From Octopus sinensis (Eukaryota): 64,000 nt of DNA. Below are positions 54,396 to 64,000 of the stretch, one piece after another. The notes under the pieces were generated by a model that searched no databases, was not told the origin of the DNA, and saw nothing but the letters and a program-made list of their open reading frames with translations. Position 1 is the first letter of the stretch, and the number at the start of each line of letters is the position of its first letter. The position numbers and the translations under genes are program-made. The DNA lies in NCBI RefSeq assembly GCF_006345805.1, contig NC_042998.1, positions 53,754,001-53,818,000 on the forward strand, in the 5' to 3' direction.

Positions 54396-55384
54396 GCTGT
54401 ACATGTTGTATGCAAATGAACTGATGATTAGCGTCTCTTCTAGAATTAAGATAAATTGATCATCCTGGCTGAATTTTATACTCATCTTGCACTTTTGATA
54501 CCAACCCACCTGAAGCCATCTCTGATTCTAGGATACCAAATTGTTCATTTAAAGTGATGTAAATTAAAAGCTTTCATCAAAATTTCATGTTGACTTATAC
54601 TTCAAACACTTATTTTACAAAATTCTTCATTATTTTCAAAATTATTTTAATCAAAGGCAGCGTATATCCACAGACATTTGTAATAACAGGGTTAATCCTT
54701 TAGATATTGTCCAGCATGCATCTCTTTTTGTTAATTGAATAGGCAGGCAGAATTTTGCTTTTTAATTCTCATATAACTAATAGTTTTAAGTTCATAGCTT
54801 ACTTTGCTCCTTATATATATATATATATAGTCAATTCAAATAAATGAGTAAAATTAACAGACAACAAGAGGATGAGCACAAAATATGTATTAGCTTGATG
54901 CTTGGTGAAAAGAAAGAGCATAATTCTTCATCAGAAAGGAGGAAGAGAAAAGTCTAAAGAAGGAAAAGAAACCATCAATAGCATATGTGTAAATATCAAA
55001 CAATGAGAATGAGTGCTCAATACCGCATTGGTGGATATAATTTTTATTTGTGAATTAACGCTAACATTAGTTTCATGTAAAGAAAAATATCTTAATATCT
55101 CAGTAATTTTCAAGCCAGGAATAGTCTTCATCTCCATTTTCGATAAAAACACAAAATCTCCTGAATTCACACACTCACACATATTAAGAAAAAGATATAT
55201 ATATATATAACATATAGCGTATCTTGAATGGCACAACATTGTAGAGTGGACTATAATAACTGTTATAATTTAATCATCCATACTCTGATATAATATTTCC
55301 AAATACAAAAATTCCCTCTTCAGATTTCACTAGGAATTGATTGAGTCACTGCTATAATCAGTTTTCCAACAGTTATCCAAGCAT

Positions 55385-55736
55385 GATCGTTGCCAGAGCA
55401 GCCAACTGGCTTCCGTGTCAGTGGCACGTAAAAGGGCACCATTTAAGCGGGATTGTTACCAACGTCACCTTACTGGCACCTGTGCTGGTGGCATGTGTAA
55501 AAAGATTCGAGTGAGGTTGTTGCCAGTACGCCTGACTGGCCCCCGTGCCAGTGGCACGTAAAAAGCACCCACTACACTCTCAGAGTGGTTGGCGTTAGGA
55601 AGGACATCCAGCTGTAGAAACTCTGTCAAATCAAGATTGGAGCCTGGTGCAGCCATCTGGTTCGCCAGCCCTCAGTCAAAATCATCCAACCCATGCTAGC
55701 ATGGAAAGTGGGCGTTAAACGATGATGATGATGATA
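55385..55736 (+). repeat. (GAT)n-tailed RTE-like 3' repeat
   Basis: GTGGCACGTAAAA units, then GGTTGGCGTTAGGAAGG...CCAACCCATGCTAGCATGGAAA...(GAT)n. Confidence 0.7.
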
Positions 55737-56099
55737 TATATGTATATTTATATAACAGGCTTCTTTCAGTTTCCAACTACCAAATCTACTCACAAGACTT
55801 TGGTTAGCCTGAGGCTATAATAGAAGATGCTTGCCCAAAGTGCCATGAAGTGAAACTGAACTCAGAGCCACGTGTTTGGGAAGCAAACTTCTTACCACAC
55901 AGCCGTGCCTACACCTATATTTTAACATTTGTCTATCAGTTTCTGTCTACTAAATCCTGTCATAAGGCTTTGATCAACTATAGTAGGATCCATTTGCCCA
56001 AGGTTCTGCGCAGTAGTGGGACTGAACCTAAAACCACATTGTTGGGAAAGAATGTCTCATCTGCACAGCCATATCTGCACATAGAGAATATTGTTCCAA

Positions 56100-57540
56100 T
56101 AGCTTTTATTATTTGTTCTTAAGCATTTGATATTATCAAATTTAGAACTTTTATTTCTATCTTTTGTCCAGCGCACAGTTTTGGAATCATTGTTGTCTTT
56201 TTTGCTGATTCACTTCTCTATTTAATTCCATAGGACATTGACCATGGAAGCGTTTTTTGCTTTATTTTCCGTGTACTATTTTTTTTAGTTCTACTTTAAT
56301 TCTTGTCTTTTATTTTTGTTTTATTTTCCCCCTTTTTGTGGCTTATTTTATCATCTAATCCCTTACCTTAAGTGCACTTAGCTTCTAGTTTGTGCTATTT
56401 CTTTTCGTCTTTTTTTATATTTCTGGAGGGACAATTCTATGTTCTTATATTTCTTTATTATAATAATAAGTCTTCTTTTACTTGCTTCTATGTATGTTTC
56501 TTGAGCCACATTGGTTACATGGCAATAGTTTTCTATTTTGCATCTTCCTGTGTGCTTAATAGAGATATTCTATCTTTTGCAGTTTTTGTATGGCAGGCAG
56601 TCTTTTTATGATTTTCACATAGGGGTTTTCATTCACTTTTAAATCATTATATTGAAGCTGTACAATTTAACTAGTTTATTTTTTCCAATGTTGTTATTTC
56701 TGGTGCTAAATTCAGTTTTTTCCCTCTATTATTCTGTATCATCTACAAGGATGTCTAAATTTCTCTTCCATTTATGCATGCCATTTCTTAGCAATTTTAC
56801 CTCTTCCTAAATACTTGTATGAATAGTTGTATGCCAATATAAAGAGTTGGATCTTTACCTTTTGACCTACAGATTTAAAAAATAATTTTTTGTAACTAAA
56901 CACTTTCAAACTTCGGACACTGGTTGAATGTATCATATAAAACATCTTTTACTCTTAGCATTTTTAAGTAAAACTTATATTTACGAAGTTATTTCGTGTT
57001 AAAGTTCTCGTATTTCGGTAATTTCAACCAATCAATGATGTGTATTCAGCTGAATAAAATTACTGCTGTTGTTTGTCAACAAGAACTTCCAGCGGTGTAT
57101 ATTTCATTTGTCACTGTTATTTATGACAACCCTAAATCCTAACCCTAACCCTAAAATCCTAACCCTAAAACCCTAAAGCTAAAACCAGTACAAACGCACA
57201 AACCATGTCATAAATTACAGTGACAAACGAAAAATACACCGCTGATAGTTGTTGTTGACAAACAACAGCAGTAGTTTTATTCAGTTGAATACACGTCATT
57301 GATTGGTTGAAATTACTGAAATACGAAAACTTTAACGTGAAATAACTTTGTAAATATAAGTTTTACTCAAAAATGATAAGAGTAACAGATGTTTTATATA
57401 ACACATTCTACTAGTGTCTGAAGTTTTAAAGTGTTTAATAACAAAAAATTATTTTTTTATTCTGTAGGTCAAAAGGTAAAGATCCAAAGAGTTTGTCCAA
57501 ATTTAAATTAATATTTGAATTTTTACCATTTAAACCATGC
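56100..57540 (-). pseudogene. Highly decayed R4/Dong-like RT fragment interrupted by a MITE
   Basis: Minus strand gives an NLDK (FGLDKC-like) remnant right of the MITE (~57495-57525) and NYSYKYLG left of it (~56800-56830), in the expected order. Confidence 0.5.
56849..57485. mobile_element. 637-bp foldback MITE: 280-bp TIRs, telomere-like (CCCTAA)n core, 8-bp TSD
   Basis: Arms 56849-57128 and 57206-57485; TSD AAAGAGTT at 56841-48 and 57486-93; termini GGATCTTTACC...GGTAAAGATCC. Confidence 0.9.
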
Positions 57541-57788
57541 AGATGTAGCTTTGTGATAAGAAGCTTACTTCCCAACCACATGGTTCAGGGTTCAGTCCCA
57601 CTGCATGGCACCTTGAGTAAGTGTTTTTTACTACAGTCTCATACTAAACAAAGCCTTGTGAGTGGATTTGGCAGACAGAAACTGAAAGACGCCTGTCGTA
57701 TATGTATACATATATCTATGTGTGCATGTCTTTGTTCCACCTCCACCACTGCTTGACAACCAGCATGTTTATGTCCCTGTAACTTAGT

Positions 57789-58018
57789 TATTTCTTTATT
57801 GCCCACAAGGGGGCTGAACATAGAGGGGACAAACAAGGACAGACAAAGGGATTAAGTTGAATACATCAACCCCAGTGCACAACTGGTACTTAATTTATCG
57901 ACCCCAAAAGGATAAAAGGCAAAGTCGACCTCAGCGGAATTTGAACTCAGAACATAATGGCAGATGAAACACCACAAAGCATTTTGCCTGGTGTGCTAAC
58001 GTTTCTGCCAGCTCGCCA
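57789..58018 (-). mobile_element. SINE family C nested in a family A SINE, 14-bp TSD
   Basis: CCCTGTAACTTAGT at 57775-57788 and 58019-58032. Confidence 0.85.
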
Positions 58019-58299
58019 CCCTGTAACTTAGTGGTTCATCAAAAGACACCATTAGAACAAATACCAGGCTTTAAAAAAATAAGTGATACCCCAGAATGGC
58101 TGCTCTCTAATGACTGATACACATAAAAGATTAAAAAAATAAAAATAAAAAATATTCTAAATACTCTACCTGTTTTAGACCCAGACCAGTTAGATCAGGC
58201 CTCTCACACCTGCCCTACAATGTCATTACAAAAATAAACATTCACATCATCAAATCTTAATGCTATGAGATTATGTATGATTAATTCAAAATAATGTGA

Positions 58300-58682
58300 A
58301 TAAATGGTGCCGGTGACACGTAAAAGCACCATCCATTTCGTGGCCGTTTGCCAGCTCTGTCTGGCACCTGTGCGGGTGGCACGTAAAAGCACCATCCATT
58401 CATGTCCGTTGCCAGCCTCGCCTGGCCCCCGTGCCGGTGACACGTAAAAGCACCATCCGTTCGTGGCCGTTTGCCAGCTCTGTCTGGCACCTGTGCGGGT
58501 GGCACGTAAAAAGCACCCACTACACTCACGGAGTGGTTGGCGTTAGGAAGGACATCCAGCCGTAGAAACACTGCCAGATCTGACTGGGCCTGATGAAGCC
58601 TTTCAGCTTCACAGACCCCAGTTGAACCGTCCAACCCATGCTAGCATGGAAAACGGACAGTAAATGATGATGATGATGATGA
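58300..58682 (+). repeat. (GAT)n-tailed RTE-like 3' repeat with ~120-bp internal tandem duplication
   Basis: Four CACGTAAAAGCACC units in two higher-order repeats; CpG-rich; (GAT)n tail. Confidence 0.75.
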
Positions 58683-61600
58683 CAGAGTAATCTGAATGCT
58701 AAAGGGATAAAGTTCTAAGTAATTTTCTTTTTATTAGATTTGCTTCAGTATATTTGTTGAAACTTGTGTTCATTTTAGTGTAATTATTGAATTCATTTAG
58801 TTTTTAATAGCTTCTCTATCTCAGTGCTGTTCCTTGTATATAGTTTTATGGAATCATTATAAAAGAAACGATATATAATTTGTTTGTAGTAGTTGGAATT
58901 ACTGTTAGTTTAATCAAAAGATTTGTTTGTGGAGTCAGAGCTAATTAAAAGGGCAGCAGAAGAAAAGGAGTCTCTGAAAAATGGTGAACAGGTGAAGACC
59001 ACAGAGGGCTGAGAGAATGCTTTAGTCTTGTATTGCTGAGGACACGACAGCTTCTCCAATGCTGTGCTATAATAAAATATACTCAATATCCTCTATAAAG
59101 TGGTTACTGTTAGGAAGAGCATCCAGTTGTAGAAAACTATGACAAAATGTAGTATGTAGTATTCAAAAGTGAGTTGTGGTCCTCAGGTCCATCTAGCCAT
59201 CTAGGGAGGTAGAAACTGTAAATAAAAACTTCTAGCACTATAACACCCCTTTCAAATTATGCCAGAATGGAAAATGGATGTACAACGATTGTTATAACGA
59301 GTTTCCAACATTTAGGAATGTAGCATGCTATTATTATTAATCCATGTAATGCCTATATTATTGTTATTTACTCAACTGTTGGCAATAACTTCTCAGTTTA
59401 AACTCTTCTTTGCATCCATACATTCCCTTCCAATATCCTTTGATTCCTGTAGTAAGATACTTATTATTTTCTAAGTGTAAACCCAGCTTGTTGAGGAGTA
59501 TAGATAGCATATATTAATATATTGTTCCTAAACAGATTATTAATCTTGTGGTCCTTGGTGTTATTTATTTATTGATTTATTCATTGAGAATGGATACTGT
59601 TTTCCCTGTAGTAAACCTGCTGGGCATTCTAAACTGATATCCTTTGCAATTTATTATATGTTGTTGCTAAAGTGTTGTGTATGCTGGTTAAGTACCTTTA
59701 TCAGAATTGGAAACTCTATCAATTTATCAAGACTAAACGCTTGAAAGGGTCGAATGAACCCTTTAGTTTTGATGAAAAACTTATGATGATGGTGACTGCA
59801 TTGATAAATTTCCACCATAATTTTGCTGGACTATACATATGCTATTATTAACATTTTTTCCTTCCCTGTTTATTTCTTATCCATCCTACATCTTAATCAT
59901 TTTATGTATTTCCCCCCCCCCCCATTTGCTTCCCTAATAAGATTGTATTTTCCATTACTGCAGGTCTATTTTTCATTTATGTGTTGTATATTTTTGTATT
60001 CTGTTTTCAAGATCTATAATTTTTATGGATGATATAATATTTTTCTAAAACATTCAGTTTTGGTATATCTTTACCTAGATTATCTATTTAAAATCATGCT
60101 TTTATTTTTACTTAGGATCAACACTTAGCAACCACATGGTTTCAGATTCAGTCCCATTGCATGTCTTCTAAAGCACTGGGCCATGCAGTGCCTTGTGCAT
60201 GAATTTGGTAGACAGTAACTGTGTGGAAGCCCATCATATGTATACATATATATATGTGTGTGTGTGTATGTGTGTTTTTGTGCTTGTCCCCACCCAACTA
60301 CTTGACAACCATTGTTGGTTTGTTTATGTCGCTTTAACTTAGCATTTGTGCAATTAAATAAGTACCAAACTTTAAAAAAATCAGTACTGTGGTTGAGTAA
60401 GGCAGAGTCCAATGACTGAAACAAATAAAAAAAAATTAGATTCCTCCCTCCTTCCCATATTTAACTGGAGGAAAATATTGCTCTTCCATTTTTTATATAA
60501 TTTGTATATTTTCCAATATTTCCTTCCCATTCCTGTTTGGTAAGCTTGGGTCAAGTGTGACTGATTCTATTACAGTTGAAATCTCTCTCATCTGATGCTA
60601 ATATGGTTGCTAAGTACACTGCACAAGGCCAGCAATTTCAGAAGAAAGGCTAAATCAATTACATTGACCCCAGTACTCAACTGGTACTTATTTTATTGAG
60701 CCTAAAAGGATGAAAAGGAAGTCAACCTTGGTGGAATTTGATGGACAAAATGCTTAGTAGCATTTTGTCTACCATGCTTACAATTCTGCCAGCTCATTGT
60801 GTTATGGCTGCTAAGTATATTAGGCTATTTAGCATATGGGTGAGACAAGAATTTCTTGGAGAAAGCCTGATTGTATTAGCATATTAGTTTCCTGATATCA
60901 ATATTTGGTCATATTAAGGTGGCAAGCTGGCAGAATCATTAGTATGCCAAGCAAAATGCTTAGTGACATTTTGTCTGTCTCTACACTCTGAGTTCAAGTT
61001 CTGCCAAGGTCATCTTTACCTTTCATCCTTTCGGGGTCAATAAAAAAAAAAGTACCAGTTGAACACTGGGATCGATGTAATTGACTTACCCACTCCCCAA
61101 AATTGCTGGCCTTGTACCAAAATTTTAAACCCATTGCGTACTGGGTCAATCTCATTGCCTGGCCCCTTCCCCCAAAATTTTGGGCCATGAGCCTAAAGTA
61201 GAGAGGAATATTTAGTCATATTAAGGTGGCAAGCTGGCAGAATCTTTAGAATGCTGAACAAAATCCTTAGCAGTATTTTGTCTGTCTTTACACTCTGAGT
61301 TCAAGTTCTGCCATGGTCATCTTTGCCTTTCATCCTTTTGAGGACAATAAAAAAGTACCAGTTAAACACTGGGATCGATGTAATTGACTTAACCACTCGC
61401 CCAAATTGCTGGCCTTGTGCTAAAATTTGAAACCAATATTTAGTCATATCTTGTGAAAGTATTTTCACTGATCCATGCAGATTAATTTTATTTTGGCCAG
61501 TACTTATATCTGATTCTTGTTTCTCACATTCATTGAACCATAAAAAACCTTTAACACTCACTTCAACATTCCTAATAAATCCTGGGACAATAGAAACAGT

Positions 61601-61914
61601 TTCTATTGCTCTTCATAATGGTTGGTCATGGTCAATGTGTTGTATACTCTTGATTTTAATTAATTTGTTGTATGCTCTTTTTATGTGTCCCATTCTTCTT
61701 TCATGTGATTTGTACATTGTTATTTGTTATTTATTGTAAACACAATATTTTTGTGTAAAACCCAAAAGTGGAGAACACAACTAGCTGGCTTCTAATAGCA
61801 TTACTATTTACTTTGGTTTGTTAAGTTTACTTTCAGATTTGACAATATTATTAGATTTTTTTTTTCTTTCTTCTTTTCATTATGGCTCTTTCATCATCCA
61901 TGCTGTTATTAAAC

Positions 61915-62240
61915 CTTATTATTATTATTATTATTATTATATTATTATTATTATTATTATCATCATCATTATTGTTATTATTATCATTATTATTATTATT
62001 ATTATTTAGTAGTTTTATTTTTATAGCGTGCTTTCAATTCACTGCCAAGCACTGCTCTGTGTGCCTTGGGTATGTGCTCTGGTTTGCTGTGATGCTCTTA
62101 TGGTTACTGTATTGAAAGTGTTTTGCGTAGGATGTGTGCAGTGCCCAGTAGTGCAATTTTCTGTATGTTATATATATTTGTAGGTCCTGGTGTTTTTGTT
62201 ATGTATTTATCTGAATATTTTTTATCATCATCATCATCAC

Positions 62241-62282
<42 letters not shown>

Positions 62283-62310
62283 CATTGTCATTATTATTAT
62301 TATTATTATG

Positions 62311-62342
<32 letters not shown>

Positions 62343-62870
62343 CATTGTCATTATTATTATGAGGCAGCAAGTTGGTAGAATTTTTAGTAAGCCAAGCAAA
62401 ATGCTTAACAATATTTCACCCATCGTTACGTTCTGAGTTCAATTTCCATTGAGGTCAACTTTGCCTTTCACTCTTTTGGGATCAATAACATAAGTACCAG
62501 TTGAGCAGTGGGAATGATGTAATCAATTTACCCCCTCCCATAAAATTGCTGGCCTTGTGCCAAAATCTGAAATCACAACTACCATCCTGACTCGGGATTA
62601 GTCTTATTTCTGGTAGAATTTATGTGGATAGCATGTTTCTCCTTTTAGCCTTTGCTATCTACATGATTTCAATAAGCCATCAAGTGCTCGAGACACTTCT
62701 GATGGTCTTTTTTGTCCCTAAGAAGAAAACCAACTGTAGAACTTCTAAGGATATTGCATACCAATGTCATTAACCCACTTATTATTATTATTATTATTAT
62801 CATTATTATTATCATTATCATTATTATTAATATTATTATTACTATTATTATTATTACAAAGGCAGCGAGC
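61915..62870 (-). repeat. (AAT)n-rich tracts containing R4/Dong-like 3' end fragments and a SINE family C copy
   Basis: QKIALLGTAHILRKTLSIQ* (62104-62200) matches the C-terminus at ~50400-50469. 62575-62775 matches the 3' end of the 51.3-51.9 kb unit (CCACATAAATTCTACCAGAAATAAGACT). Confidence 0.7.
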
Positions 62871-63326
62871 AAGCAGAATCACTAGCACACCAGACAAAAT
62901 GCCATTAAGCATTTTGTCTGTCTTTATGTTCTGAGTTTAAATTCTGTCAGGGTCAACTTTGCCTTTCATCCTTTAGGAGTCAATAAAATGAGTACCAGTT
63001 GAGCATTGGAGTCAATGTCATTGACTACTCCCAGCACTCCAAATTTCAGGCCTTGTACCTTCAGTAGAAAAGATTATTATTGCAATTATTATTAAGGTGG
63101 TGAACTGGCAGAATTGTTAGCACATTGGATGAAATGCTTAACAGTATTTTGTTTGTTGCTACATTCTGAGTTCAAATTCAACTGAGGTTGACTTTGCTTT
63201 TCATCTTTTCAGGGTTGATAAAATAAGTACCAGTTGAGAACTGGGGTCGATGCAATTGACTCATCTTCACTTCCCTGCAAGCTGCCCTTGTGGAAAAAAT
63301 TTGAAATCATTATTATTTTTATTATT

Positions 63327-63881
63327 GAGTGAGAGAGCAGTGCATGCCATCAAAGTGACACCAAGGTAAAATATACAAAGCCCAATATATCCATCATAAC
63401 TACCCGTCTGACATGGGTACACCAGGCAAATGCATCACAACCATATGTGCGCAAATAGTGATCTTATATCAAGATAAATAGTGCATGACCTTGAAGCTGG
63501 GACCCAGTTAGAATTTTCTTCAGGTTGAGTAGCCCATCCTACTCAAAAGGTCACTGAATAAGGGTTGTTTAAGGATGTTGAACAAAACACCCATGTATCC
63601 AGAGGTGAATTATTCAAACCTCAAAGAATTCCTCTCAACACATGGCTATAATGCTCCCTGCTAAATATCTGCTCATGATTAGAGATGTGCATAACATCAG
63701 CCACTAAGGGACATGCTCAACTGGTTATGGTCAAACAACTGACAAGCAAATCTGTGGTATTGAGCAGAATATTTGCTGTAGCCCATCTTTTATACCAAGA
63801 CAAAACAATGTACATGATAACACCTCCAATCAGTTAAGATCAGAAGCCATGAGAGCTAATACCTGGTACTGCATCAAGGTA
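63327..63881 (-). mobile_element. 555-bp (AAT)n-embedded repeat element
   Basis: Reverse complement of 48315-48869; (ATT)n on both sides. Confidence 0.85.
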
Positions 63882-63885
63882 TTTA

Positions 63886-63936
<51 letters not shown>

Positions 63937-64000
63937 GGGCAGTGAACTGGTGGGATCGTTAGCACACAGAGCTAAAACATCATGTGGTTCCAGAGAGAAA

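Noticed and set aside
58588-58615. CTGATGA in the RTE-like tail
   Set aside because: No GAAA or stems; the homologous position reads CCTGGTGCAGCC in the 55.6 kb copy, so it is a chance variant.

Overview
Very AT-rich eukaryotic (animal) DNA made almost entirely of microsatellites and transposable-element debris. The SINE and repeat families look like those of octopus/cephalopod genomes; this is recognition from memory, not a database result. No host protein-coding exon could be supported, and all credible ORFs are decayed mariner/Tc1 transposases or RT/RLE LINE fragments. The outstanding structure is a ~6.8 kb non-coding foldback element (39033-45885). It has near-identical 2.3 kb inverted arms, each ending in an intact minimal type I hammerhead ribozyme of the Penelope-like-element (PLE) kind. 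It also contains internal tandem modules, a strand-composition flip, and a ~420 bp centre made of consecutive hairpins. It sits with a near-full-length DD34D mariner inside the (TA)n tract of a split SINE. Other observations: two RLE-LINE families associated with different microsatellites, a 555 bp (AAT)n-embedded element with fixed ends, a dimeric SINE mobilised as a unit, and three MITE/foldback elements, one with a telomere-like core and an 8-bp TSD. Coordinates were read by eye, and boundaries of decayed elements are approximate.
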